NCBI GenBank assembly: GCA_964477645.1
Contig: CAYZEP010000001.1
Coordinates: forward strand, 1-51,643
Source: an uncultured Candidatus Bathyarchaeia archaeon
GTDB lineage: Archaea; Thermoproteota; Bathyarchaeia; Bathyarchaeales; Bathycorpusculaceae
Reading direction: 5' to 3'
Length of the DNA: 51,643 bases
Numbering within the stretch: the first letter of the stretch is position 1; each line of letters starts with the position of its first letter. The notes below the pieces were generated by a model. The model ran no database searches. It was not told where the DNA came from and saw nothing but the letters and a program-made list of their open reading frames with translations. This document shows, one piece after another, positions 1 through 8,827 of the stretch. A program made the position numbers and the translations under genes.

Positions 1-271
1 TATCAGGAGCCAAACGCCCAACAGGCGTCGAAACAGAAAACTCTGGAACAACAGTGACGCCTCTCTTCCTCAACTCTTCCTGCAACAAATCCCGAATAGT
101 CATTTCAGTCGGTTTAGATACTCCCACAGCGCCAACACCTATAGAGTTTAATTCGAAATGTAATATGTTTGTCTTTCTCTTCTTCCACCCACTGTCACAA
201 AGCCTAGGACCGATGAGCTTCACTCGAGTACAAGCCTCATCCAACAACAAAGCCAGCAAACCCAAAATCAT
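1..271 (-). CDS. hypothetical protein, N-terminal part only (gene runs off the window start)
   Basis: Reverse-strand ATG (plus-strand cat at 269-271) opens a frame with no stop down to position 1: MILGLLALLLDEACTRVKLIGPRLCDSGWKKRK...VGRLAPD. It reads more protein-like than the + strand ORF 54..287. No family was recognised. Confidence 0.3.
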   Translation of the reverse strand, partial: MILGLLALLLDEACTRVKLIGPRLCDSGWKKRKTNILHFELNSIGVGAVGVSKPTEMTIRDLLQEELRKRGVTVVPEFSVSTPVGRLAPD

Positions 272-381
272 ATTTGGATCCAAATAGAGGGCCCTACACC
301 CGTTGCACGCACACACACAAACTATAAAAACACAAACCCCTCACTAAAGCTAAAAACACAAAAAGGGAGAACACACAACAC

Positions 382-903
382 ATGTGCATCCTAGGCAAAG
401 ACAAACTAAAGAAACTTATTGACGATTATAAGTGCATATATCCGTACGATTATAATCTGCTCGACGGAGACAGCTACGTCCTAACAGTCAAAGAAGAAAC
501 CACACTACACTACCTAGAACACAAAAACCTAATCACCTACGAAATAGTCTTCACCCCACCAAACTACGTAGCCCACCTAACAGCCAAAAGCAAATACGGA
601 CGCATGGGCTTAAGCTTCCTAAACGCAGCAAAAGTCCACAGCGGCTTCACAGGACGCCTAGCCCTAGAACTCGTAAACCTAAGCAACGACCGCTGCCCCA
701 TAACAATCAAACGCGGAGACCCCTTCATGCACATAGAATTCGTAACACGAGAAGGCGAACCAGCACCCTACAACGGCGAATACCAATTCCAATACCTAAC
801 CGACGAAGAAATACAAATGTACATCCCAATACTCAAAAAAGTTTTCCCAAACTACGACGAACTCGCCAAGATATGGTTCAAAAACAAACGATTACCACCA
901 TAA
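382..903 (+). CDS. dcd: dCTP deaminase / dUTPase-fold family protein
   Basis: 173-aa ORF. HSGFTGRLALELVNLSN and PYNGEYQFQ match the conserved core and C-terminal motifs of dCTP deaminases. A TATA-like ctataaaa lies at 323-330 and GGGAG at 365-369 upstream. Codon usage is extremely unusual (see findings). Confidence 0.7.
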   Translation: MCILGKDKLKKLIDDYKCIYPYDYNLLDGDSYVLTVKEETTLHYLEHKNLITYEIVFTPPNYVAHLTAKSKYGRMGLSFLNAAKVHSGFTGRLALELVNLSNDRCPITIKRGDPFMHIEFVTREGEPAPYNGEYQFQYLTDEEIQMYIPILKKVFPNYDELAKIWFKNKRLPP

Positions 904-918
904 AAAACCACATATTTC

Positions 919-2244
919 TCATTTCCGAAAAACATGAATCTCCCGACCAATCTTATGTCTTTCCTCCACATCAACAAAACATGACATCCCTATCAAATTC
1001 TCGATTAACCCACTCTCTTCAGTAAACATTCTTCTTTCAAAAGGACAGCTCGCCCTAAAACCAACCGCCATAGCCTTCTCTTCAACATCCATAGAAACAA
1101 AAACACCGCCACGCGTTTTAATATAAGGCGCCACAAAAACCAACCTACCCCCATTCTTCAGCGCTTTATATGCTTCTTCCAGAAAATCAAAATACAAAGG
1201 CTCCAACTTCTCAACAATCCTTCTCGCATAAAACTCAGTCGGAAAATGGCGCAAGGCTGGACCAAGATCAGGCTCCGTCACGACGCAATCAACCATTTCC
1301 TCATCAACACACTTCGTTAAGTTACGCGCATCCCCCTGCAGAACCGAGTATTTTGCACTCTTCAAATCGTACTCCTTTTTAAGCCAATCAAGGTTTACGC
1401 AAGAAGCTTTAACACACCACGGGTCTATATCAACACCAACCACCTGCGCCTTCACGAGCATAGCCTCTTGAAGAATCGTACCCACCCCACAAAAAGGATC
1501 AAGCAAAACCTTGTCAGGCAAACACAAAGACAAATTTATCATAATCTTGGCCAATCTAGGAGGCATAGAAAAAATCTTTCGTTGAACAGGTCTGCCTACG
1601 TCCCTCTTTTGAAATTCAAAAGGATTATGAACAGCTACAGTGTGTGATACAAAAGCTTGCTCTTTGCCAACACAAAACAAAATCTCCGCGCTCTTTTCAA
1701 TCAAACCCTTTTTCAACACTTCAACATGAGTTAACTGTGGCAACTCTCTATCTTTCGGAAAACCCATAAACTTCGCTTTCTTGCCACAAGCCTCAAGCTC
1801 CTCCTTAAAGTAACTTCCCACAAACCTCTGCATCCCTCTAGAAAACCGAAGAAAACGATGGTCATCGAAGTATACGCTAACCCCAAAAACTAGCTTCTTT
1901 AAAGGCGTCTTGAAAATGTCATTAATGTCGCAATCTGCAGAAAATTTTGCCTTAATCTCTGTTTGAGCTTGCTTTTTTCTGCGAAGAAAGGCATCCTCCA
2001 CAGTTTCCAAAGGAACACGCGATACTACTCTACCGATTTTTATGATGCCTCCAAGATCATCAATAAGAGAAGGAGCTAGGGCTTTTTCACTTTCGATAAC
2101 AAAAAAGGATTTAGAAAAATCAGTTATTCTGAAACTGCACTTTCTAGCTTCCAAAAACGACACAAGCTCGACTAAGGAGAGCCTCCAGTTCTTTCCAGGA
2201 ATAAATATGTAGCTCGTTTGTTTAGGAATAGACATTTTCATCAT
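919..2244 (-). CDS. SAM-dependent RNA methyltransferase, Trm11/Trm14-like (putative tRNA guanine-N2 methyltransferase)
   Basis: 441-aa ORF. The SAM-binding motif LDPFCGVGTILQEA is typical of the UPF0020/Trm11 family. The N-terminus PGKNWRLSLVELVSFLEA resembles the Trm11 N-terminal domain. Motif IV is degenerate (VTEPDLG instead of DPPY). Confidence 0.55.
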   Translation of the reverse strand: MMKMSIPKQTSYIFIPGKNWRLSLVELVSFLEARKCSFRITDFSKSFFVIESEKALAPSLIDDLGGIIKIGRVVSRVPLETVEDAFLRRKKQAQTEIKAKFSADCDINDIFKTPLKKLVFGVSVYFDDHRFLRFSRGMQRFVGSYFKEELEACGKKAKFMGFPKDRELPQLTHVEVLKKGLIEKSAEILFCVGKEQAFVSHTVAVHNPFEFQKRDVGRPVQRKIFSMPPRLAKIMINLSLCLPDKVLLDPFCGVGTILQEAMLVKAQVVGVDIDPWCVKASCVNLDWLKKEYDLKSAKYSVLQGDARNLTKCVDEEMVDCVVTEPDLGPALRHFPTEFYARRIVEKLEPLYFDFLEEAYKALKNGGRLVFVAPYIKTRGGVFVSMDVEEKAMAVGFRASCPFERRMFTEESGLIENLIGMSCFVDVEERHKIGREIHVFRK

Positions 2245-2457
2245 ACGTAACTCTATCTTAGAGATGAGCTTTGTGGAAGGTTGCTAATACTATAACGCTG
2301 ATATTTAGGCGTTACAGCCGCCCAAAACTGAGATAATGTGGACGCTGAATATGTATTATTAAACCAGAAAGTAAATCAACAATTTCTTAGAATATACACG
2401 AGTTTACCCGTAAAATGTTTAAATACAACGGCATTGGTATGCTGAAGGGGAATCCCC

Positions 2458-2976
2458 ATGCGCGCGAAAAATTATAGAGCCGTTAAAGGCCAATCCTTCA
2501 CAAGAAAAGAATTCGTAAAAGGCTTTCCACCACCAAAAATAACCAAGTTTACAATGGGAGACACTAAAGCAAAATTTGAATACGAAGCTAAACTCATCGC
2601 CATGGAAAAAACTCAAATCCGCCACAACTCCCTAGAAGCCGCACGCGTAGCGTCAAACCGAATTTTGATGGACAAACTCGTAAACAATTACTGCTTACGC
2701 GTTCAACCTTACCCACACACGATCCTTAGGGAAAATAAGATGATTTTCGGAGCACATGCCGACCGTCTTCAACAGGGCATGAGAGCGTCTTTCGGAAAAG
2801 CAATTGGAACAGCGGCGCGAGTAAAAGCCAACCAAGCAATCATTATTGTAAACGTAAATGCAGAAGGCCTCGAAGCTGCCAAAGAAGCTTTGAAACGTGG
2901 AAGCGCCAAACTTCCAATTCCATGCAGAATAACAATCGAAAAAGTGGAAACAGAAGAGGTGAAAGCAGTTGAGTGA
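2458..2976 (+). CDS. rpl10e: 50S ribosomal protein L10e (uL16)
   Basis: 172 aa. The N-terminus MRAKNYRAVKGQSFTRKEFVKGFPPPKITKF and the internal RMRASFGK-type motif are characteristic of archaeal L10e. TATA-like tttaaata lies about 35 nt upstream. Confidence 0.9.
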   Translation: MRAKNYRAVKGQSFTRKEFVKGFPPPKITKFTMGDTKAKFEYEAKLIAMEKTQIRHNSLEAARVASNRILMDKLVNNYCLRVQPYPHTILRENKMIFGAHADRLQQGMRASFGKAIGTAARVKANQAIIIVNVNAEGLEAAKEALKRGSAKLPIPCRITIEKVETEEVKAVE

Positions 2977-2977
2977 A

Positions 2978-5431
2978 ATGAGAAAGGATTTAGTCATGTG
3001 GTTTGAAAATCTAAGGAAAACAGACATTCCATCCGTGGGTGGCAAAAATGCTAACTTGGGTGAAATGACAAATGCGGGAATCCCCGTTCCACCAGGGTTT
3101 GCTATCACAGCCTACTCCTACAAAAAGTTCATTGAGGAGACAGGAATATCCACAAAAATTTACGACGTAATAAAGGAAACTGTAACTAACCCTAGCGACC
3201 CAGCACAGTATGAAATAGCCTCCAAAAAGATTCGTGAGCTTATAGAATCAACACCTATGCCTAAGGATGTTGCAGATGCTGTAAGATCTGCCTACGAAGA
3301 ATTATGCAAAAAACTCAATATGTCAGAGGTCTTCGTAGCCGTGAGGTCAAGCGCAACCGCTGAAGATTTGGCTGATGCATCTTTTGCTGGACAACAAGAA
3401 ACATACTTGAATGTTAAGGGCATCAACGAACTTCTTGAAAAAACTGTGAAATGCTGGTCTAGCCTCTTCACCCCAAGAGCAATATTTTATCGCACTGAAA
3501 AGGGGTTTGCACATGAGAAAGTTTTCATAAGTGTTGGAATTCAAAAGATGGTGAATTCTAAAGCTGCAGGCGTCATATTCACAATAAATCCCGTGACTGG
3601 CAACACTAACCAGATAGTTATTGAAGGCAATTACGGCTTAGGCGAAGCCGTTGTCTCTGGAGCAGTTACTCCAGACGATTTTGTTGTTGACAAGAAAACC
3701 ATGAAGATAGCTGAGAGGCGCGTATCCAAGAAAACATTGCAATATGTCCGTGACCCAAATACAGGCAAAACAGTCCACTTAGAAGTGCCTGCAGAAAGGC
3801 AGGAAAAACCGTGTTTGAGTGATGAAGAGATTCTCAAGCTTGTAGAACTAGCAGAACGCATCGAAAAGCATTACGGGAAAGCTCAAGACATTGAATGGGC
3901 AATTGACAGTGACCTATCTTTTCCAAGCAACATATTCATAGTGCAATCAAGACCTGAAACAGTTTGGAGCTTAAAACTTGCGGAAACACCAACGAAAGCT
4001 GAAATTGAAGGAATGAAACCTACCGAAATGTTAAAAGTAGCTGTTAAAGGAATCGCAGCGGGCAAGAGAAGCTATGGTGTAGGCACAGCCAAAGTTGTTT
4101 TGAACCCTGAAGAAGCCGCTAAAGTCATGCAGAAAGGCGACATCCTCGTCACAGACATGACTAACCCCGACTATGTGCCTTTTATGAAGCTTGCAGGCGC
4201 CATAGTCACCGATAAAGGTGGAGTGACATGCCACGCAGCCATTGTAAGCCGCGAACTCGGCATACCATGCGTTGTGGGAACAGAAAACGCCACGAAACTT
4301 ATGGCTACTGGTAAAGAATACACTGTTGATTCAAGAAGCGGTGTTGTTTATGAAGGGATAGTACCAACGTTAACGGAGCAACTTTCATCCTCAGCCAGAG
4401 CAACTGCATCTTCATCTACAGCTGCTGGAGGCGTTTTTCAATCAGTGCCAGTAACAGCAACAAAAATTTACATGAACTTAGGTGTTCCCGAAAAAATTGA
4501 AGAATACAAGGACTTGCCTTTTGAAGGCATAGGACTTATGCGCATAGAGTTCATCCTAGCTAGTTACATAGGTGAACATCCACTTTATCTCATAGAAACT
4601 GGACAAGCCCAAAAATTCGTGGATAAGCTAGCTGAAGGAATGGCAACCGTTGCAAGGGCTATTCAGCCCCGCCCAGTTGTTGTGCGTTTCAGCGACTTCA
4701 AAACAAACGAATACAGAGAATTGAAAGGTGGAGAAAAATACGAAATTGTTGAAGCCAACCCAATGCTTGGATGGAGAGGGTGCAGCCGCTACATAAGCCA
4801 ATGGTACGAGAAAGCGTTCAGGCTTGAGTGCCAAGCGATACGGAAATGCCGCAGAGAGTGGGGATTGAAAAACGTTTGGGTGATGCTTCCTGTTGTCCGT
4901 ACAGTATGGGAAGCAAAAAGATGCCTTGAGATTATGAAGGAAGAAGGCTTAGAAAGGTCAAGGGACTTCCAGATATGGTTCATGGCAGAAACACCCTCAA
5001 TTGCCATACTTGCAGATGAATTTTCAAAACTGTGCGACGGCTTCTCCATAGGCTCAAACGACATGACCCAAGGAATACTCATGATTGACAGAGACTCTGA
5101 ACGCTTAGGACAAATGGGGTACTTCGATGAAAGAGACCCTGCTGTTAAAAGAATAATTGCTCACCTGATTAAAGTGGCTCATGAAAATGGATGTACAGTT
5201 TCCATATGCGGCGAAGGCCCATCAAACCTTCCCGATTTTGCAGAATTTCTTGTAAGGGCAGGAATAGATAGTATCTCCGTAAATAATGATGCAGTAATCG
5301 CCACCAAAAAACTTGTTGCAAGCATAGAACAGAAAATAATACTTGAACAGCTCGCAGAACAGCGAGAAAGAGCCCTTGGCAGTGCAAGCCGAAGGCCAAA
5401 ACAGGACTGGGAATGGACAATAGAACAGTGA
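2978..5431 (+). CDS. ppsA: phosphoenolpyruvate synthase (pyruvate, water dikinase)
   Basis: N-terminal WFENL..DIPSVGGKNANLGEM, the phospho-histidine swivel motif GGVTCHAAIVSRELGIPCVVG and a C-terminal PEP-utilising TIM barrel (GSNDMTQ). The track ORF starts at a TTG at 2969; the first ATG at 2978 was chosen. It abuts or overlaps the rpl10e stop. Confidence 0.95.
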   Translation: MRKDLVMWFENLRKTDIPSVGGKNANLGEMTNAGIPVPPGFAITAYSYKKFIEETGISTKIYDVIKETVTNPSDPAQYEIASKKIRELIESTPMPKDVADAVRSAYEELCKKLNMSEVFVAVRSSATAEDLADASFAGQQETYLNVKGINELLEKTVKCWSSLFTPRAIFYRTEKGFAHEKVFISVGIQKMVNSKAAGVIFTINPVTGNTNQIVIEGNYGLGEAVVSGAVTPDDFVVDKKTMKIAERRVSKKTLQYVRDPNTGKTVHLEVPAERQEKPCLSDEEILKLVELAERIEKHYGKAQDIEWAIDSDLSFPSNIFIVQSRPETVWSLKLAETPTKAEIEGMKPTEMLKVAVKGIAAGKRSYGVGTAKVVLNPEEAAKVMQKGDILVTDMTNPDYVPFMKLAGAIVTDKGGVTCHAAIVSRELGIPCVVGTENATKLMATGKEYTVDSRSGVVYEGIVPTLTEQLSSSARATASSSTAAGGVFQSVPVTATKIYMNLGVPEKIEEYKDLPFEGIGLMRIEFILASYIGEHPLYLIETGQAQKFVDKLAEGMATVARAIQPRPVVVRFSDFKTNEYRELKGGEKYEIVEANPMLGWRGCSRYISQWYEKAFRLECQAIRKCRREWGLKNVWVMLPVVRTVWEAKRCLEIMKEEGLERSRDFQIWFMAETPSIAILADEFSKLCDGFSIGSNDMTQGILMIDRDSERLGQMGYFDERDPAVKRIIAHLIKVAHENGCTVSICGEGPSNLPDFAEFLVRAGIDSISVNNDAVIATKKLVASIEQKIILEQLAEQRERALGSASRRPKQDWEWTIEQ

Positions 5432-5497
5432 CTTCGCACTTCTGTTTCTTTAATTTAACGAGTTTACAAATGCATGCAACATTTTGGACGTGTTTGC

Positions 5498-6499
5498 ATG
5501 AAGAATTTTGATTTTGAAGAAGAAAGAATAAAACAAGAAATCCTCAAACTCGGAGCAAAGCGCGTTTTAATTCAGCTTCCTGAAGGATTGAAGCCTGAAG
5601 CCCCACGTTTAGCGAAGACTATTGAAAAATTTGGTGCGCTACCGATAGTTTCTGCAGACCCATGCTATGGTGCATGCGATTTGGCAACAGCAGACGCTGA
5701 AAGCCTAGGTGTAGACTTGATAATTCATTATGGACATTCGAAACTGGTCAAGTATGAGCGAGTTCCAACGATTTACGTTGAAGCCAGAGCAACCGTGAAC
5801 GTGAATGAAGCTGTTGAGAAAGCCTTGCCTATGATGGAAAAATGGCGCAAGATAGGTTTAGCAACAACCGTTCAGCATGTGCAAACGCTTGACGGCGTTA
5901 GAGAAATTCTTCTCAATGCAGGAAAAACAGTTGTAATAGGTGACGCTGGGCGCTTAAATTATCCGGGGCAAGTAGTTGGATGCGATTACAGCAACGCTAA
6001 ATCAATAGCCAAAGACGTTGAAGCCTTCCTTTTCATTGGCGGTGGACAATTTCATGCAGTAGGCGTAGCCATATCAACTTCGAAGCCCACTATAGTCGCG
6101 GATCCATACGAAAAACGAGCGTTCTCAGTTAATAAAGAAGCTGAAAAAATCCTTAAACAACAATGGGCAAGCATAGAAGAAGCAAAAAAAGCAAAAATCT
6201 TTGCTGTTCTAGTAGGATTAAAACCTGGACAGAAAAAGCTGGAAGAAGCTTTGCGTGTAAAACAGAAACTTGAAGAAACCGGGAAAACAGTGTGCCTTTT
6301 CATTGTAAGAGAAGTTACTCCAGAAGCGCTTCTGGAATTTCCGACAATAGACGCTTACGTAAATACTGCTTGTCCAAGAATATCTCTTGATGACGCTTCA
6401 AGATTCCAAAAGCCAGTGCTTACAGTAAACGAGACTTTGGTAGTTGTTGGTGAGTTATCTTGGGAAGATTTATGCAGAAAAGGCTTGTTCGAAAACTAG
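5498..6499 (+). CDS. dph2: diphthamide biosynthesis protein Dph2 (2-(3-amino-3-carboxypropyl)histidine synthase)
   Basis: DPCYGACD, HYGHS and NTACPRI motifs match radical-SAM Dph2. The track ORF starts at 5474; the ATG at 5498 (MKNFDFEEE) fits a TATA-like tttaattta at about 5447. Confidence 0.85.
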   Translation: MKNFDFEEERIKQEILKLGAKRVLIQLPEGLKPEAPRLAKTIEKFGALPIVSADPCYGACDLATADAESLGVDLIIHYGHSKLVKYERVPTIYVEARATVNVNEAVEKALPMMEKWRKIGLATTVQHVQTLDGVREILLNAGKTVVIGDAGRLNYPGQVVGCDYSNAKSIAKDVEAFLFIGGGQFHAVGVAISTSKPTIVADPYEKRAFSVNKEAEKILKQQWASIEEAKKAKIFAVLVGLKPGQKKLEEALRVKQKLEETGKTVCLFIVREVTPEALLEFPTIDAYVNTACPRISLDDASRFQKPVLTVNETLVVVGELSWEDLCRKGLFEN

Positions 6500-6507
6500 A
6501 CTTGGAA

Positions 6508-7158
6508 ATGTTGCTTTCTCAGGTTAAGTCTCATCCCTTTCCTAAACCAAGCCTTGAGCAATACACGATTCCAGCTGATGTTGCAGCAACAATGCTTTAC
6601 ATCGCCGCATACACAAATAACGACATTGTGGGTAGAACCATCTTGGATTTAGGCTGTGGTACCGGAAGACTGGCTTTAGGAGCAGCATTTCTAGGTGCAA
6701 AACAAGTTGTAGGAGTAGACATAGATAAAACCGCAGTGAAAGTTGCTCTTGAGAATTCAGTTAAGGCAGGGCTAAAAGATAGAGTGCAATGGATTGCAGC
6801 AGACGTAGACGTTGTACATGGAATGTTTGATACAGTTTTGCAGAATCCTCCATTTGGAGTGCAAACGCGCAAGGCTGACCGCAAGTTTTTGGAAAACGCC
6901 TTAAAAGCTGGCAAAGCAGTGTATTCTCTCCACAAAGCCCCCCGCAAAGACAAGCAGTTAATTAAACGATTGAAGGCAACCAGAACCAATTTTCTACTGG
7001 TCTCGCCCTCGGCATTCATTAAAAAGTTTGCTGAAGAGCACGGTGGAAAAATTAAGGCAGTTTACACCACGCTGATGACAATTCCCCACATGTTTGCCTT
7101 CCATACAAAGCGAAAATACGAGTTTTTGGTCGACCTGTACGTTATAGAGGTGAACTAA
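6508..7158 (+). CDS. N6-adenine-type class I methyltransferase, METTL5-like (putative rRNA m6A methyltransferase)
   Basis: GxGxG motif ILDLGCGTGRLALGA, acidic loop VGVDID and the NPPF catalytic motif (LQNPPFG). The ATG at 6508 lies just after the dph2 stop; the longer track ORF (6460) would overlap dph2. Confidence 0.6.
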   Translation: MLLSQVKSHPFPKPSLEQYTIPADVAATMLYIAAYTNNDIVGRTILDLGCGTGRLALGAAFLGAKQVVGVDIDKTAVKVALENSVKAGLKDRVQWIAADVDVVHGMFDTVLQNPPFGVQTRKADRKFLENALKAGKAVYSLHKAPRKDKQLIKRLKATRTNFLLVSPSAFIKKFAEEHGGKIKAVYTTLMTIPHMFAFHTKRKYEFLVDLYVIEVN

Positions 7159-7323
7159 AATATGTTGGGGGAAATGTTGAAGCCAAAGCAATCATTGTTA
7201 GGTCGACGAATCAAAAGGTTTATTGAGAAGCATATAGAAGTACAGATGTGTTCATTTAGGGAATGATTACAGTTCATGAAACGTAATCGCCCGTTTGCAT
7301 GATTAGCATGTAAGGGAATTTAA

Positions 7324-7905
7324 ATGAGTGCACAATCCTCCGAACAAAAAAGCGGCCATTTGGTACTACCAGGTGAACGCCTAGGCGTAATTGAAGAGTT
7401 TACACCCGATGCTGGAACATACGTGAAAGACGGAGTCATCTATTCTGAGGTTATTGGCCGTGCACTGCTTGACTTTTTGAATAAACGTGTTTCGGTTTAT
7501 CCTTTAGTTCATCGTGCAAAAGTTCCAAAAGTCGGAAGTATCGTCCTAGGACAAGTTTCAAACGTTCAAACTCAGAACGCCGTTGTAAGAATCTTCAAAA
7601 TAGAGAACAAGAACCTTTCAGGCGTCTTCACAGGTATCCTGCACGTTTCTGATGTGCAACTAAGATATGTTGATTCAATGTTTGACATTTGCAAACCCAG
7701 CGACGTTATTAGAGCCAAGGTAATCAGTGAAAAGAACAGGGCCTACCACCTATCTACTAAAGACAAAAATTTGGGTGTGACCTACGCTTTTTGTTCACAC
7801 TGTGGCTACGTATTGGAATCAAAGCGACAAGGCATGTACTGCCCACGATGCGGGAACATTGAAAAGCGCAAAACCGCATTAGATTATGGAAAAGGAATAA
7901 TATAA
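7324..7905 (+). CDS. csl4: exosome complex RNA-binding subunit Csl4
   Basis: N-terminal LPGERLGVIEEF, a central S1-like domain, and a C-terminal zinc ribbon CSHCG...CPRCG. This is the typical archaeal Csl4 layout. Confidence 0.8.
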   Translation: MSAQSSEQKSGHLVLPGERLGVIEEFTPDAGTYVKDGVIYSEVIGRALLDFLNKRVSVYPLVHRAKVPKVGSIVLGQVSNVQTQNAVVRIFKIENKNLSGVFTGILHVSDVQLRYVDSMFDICKPSDVIRAKVISEKNRAYHLSTKDKNLGVTYAFCSHCGYVLESKRQGMYCPRCGNIEKRKTALDYGKGII

Positions 7906-7927
7906 TAAATTAAAAGAGGCTTCGTAA

Positions 7928-8212
7928 ATGAAGATCAAAATGTTAAAAAAAACTTCGGACGAACTTAAAATAGAAGTTGAAGATGTTGGGCACACCTTCT
8001 GTAATCTACTGCAAAAGAAGCTTTTGGAAGATGAAAACGTGGAGTTAGCTGGATACAATGTGCCGCACCCTTTAACCTCAAAATCCGTAATTTATGTCCG
8101 CACAAAAGGCAGTGTAAAGCCTGAAGAGGCCTTACGGAGGGCAGTGGAAAAAGCGCGTGTGATGAACAAAGAATTCAGCAAAGAATTGGAAAGCGCCTTT
8201 AAAAAAACTTGA
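7928..8212 (+). CDS. rpoL: DNA-directed RNA polymerase subunit L (Rpo11)
   Basis: 94 aa. ELKIEVEDVGHTFCNLLQKKL...AGYNVPHPL matches the RpoL/Rpb11 dimerisation-domain signature. Confidence 0.8.
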   Translation: MKIKMLKKTSDELKIEVEDVGHTFCNLLQKKLLEDENVELAGYNVPHPLTSKSVIYVRTKGSVKPEEALRRAVEKARVMNKEFSKELESAFKKT

Positions 8213-8594
8213 GTCTGCTTTTTATTGTTGCAAGGAGTTGGCTGAAGCCATCTGTGAGATTGTTGGCTTTTTCAAGTTTTGCGACACATTCATCCAATGT
8301 GATGTAGCTGCGGAGCCAAGCATAAACTGTTAATGCTTCTGCGGCGTCGGCTAGCATATGACGGGTCATTCTTGAGGGCATGTGTTCTCTTAATCCAGCT
8401 TTTTTGAAGGCTTCGGCAAGTATGCTGCCCTTAACTTTTGCGCCTGTAGGTTTTCCTTTTTTGTTTGATAGAGTTAGTGAGTATGCAAGGTTTACGTAGG
8501 CGTCTCCGAGGGATGCTAGCTCATGATCTGTCAGTACTTCAGTTAGGTTCTTGTAGGTTTTTATGAAAGAGAGTGCCCTGCCATTTTTCTTCAA
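8199..8594 (-). CDS. RNase III-domain-like protein (catalytic domain only, no dsRBD)
   Basis: 131 aa. HELASLGDAYVNLAY resembles the RNase III signature E.L..LGDA, and MLADAAEALTVYAWL resembles the second acidic motif (D..EA..GA). The call rests on motifs only. Confidence 0.45.
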   Translation of the reverse strand: MKKNGRALSFIKTYKNLTEVLTDHELASLGDAYVNLAYSLTLSNKKGKPTGAKVKGSILAEAFKKAGLREHMPSRMTRHMLADAAEALTVYAWLRSYITLDECVAKLEKANNLTDGFSQLLATIKSRLKFF

Positions 8595-8827
8595 GGTTAG
8601 AGACCTCTACATTATTGTTGTTTTTTGCTGGATTTATAATGTCTCTTATTTCTGCGTGTGTGCAACCGCGATAGGCGCTTCTATTCGGGGTCAAATATGG
8701 TTGAGTGGGAGTTGATGTGAAGCGAGGATTTATTCAGAAAAAGTGATTTGTGAGTTAGAGCCTCAAGTTCGTGTTCTTTCCGTAAGGTTTTTACATTGCA
8801 GTTTTTATCAGTGTTTGAGGGTTAAAT

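Noticed and set aside
54-287. + strand ORF 54..287 at the window start.
   Set aside because: The translation is low-complexity and Ser/Phe/Pro-rich. The reverse strand carries a more protein-like open frame that continues off the window, so the + strand ORF is probably a shadow ORF.
382-903. dCTP deaminase-family gene as a possible nucleotide-depletion antiviral effector.
   Set aside because: At 173 aa it is the size of a housekeeping dcd/dut enzyme and has no extra kinase or sensor domain. The neighbouring genes are tRNA- and ribosome-related. Only its codon composition is unusual, and that is reported separately.
3347-5439. Many 60-140-aa ORFs lie antisense to or out of frame within long genes. 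Examples include ten inside ppsA, and others inside the dp2, orc1, glyA and bactofilin-like genes.
   Set aside because: They sit entirely inside well-supported long CDSs, have low-complexity or odd composition, and carry no recognisable motifs. They are treated as shadow ORFs.
7162-7266. A 34-aa ORF (MLGEMLKPKQSLLGRRIKRFIEKHIEVQMCSFRE) in the spacer before csl4.
   Set aside because: No recognisable family, no clear ribosome-binding or promoter signal, and too short to support from sequence alone.
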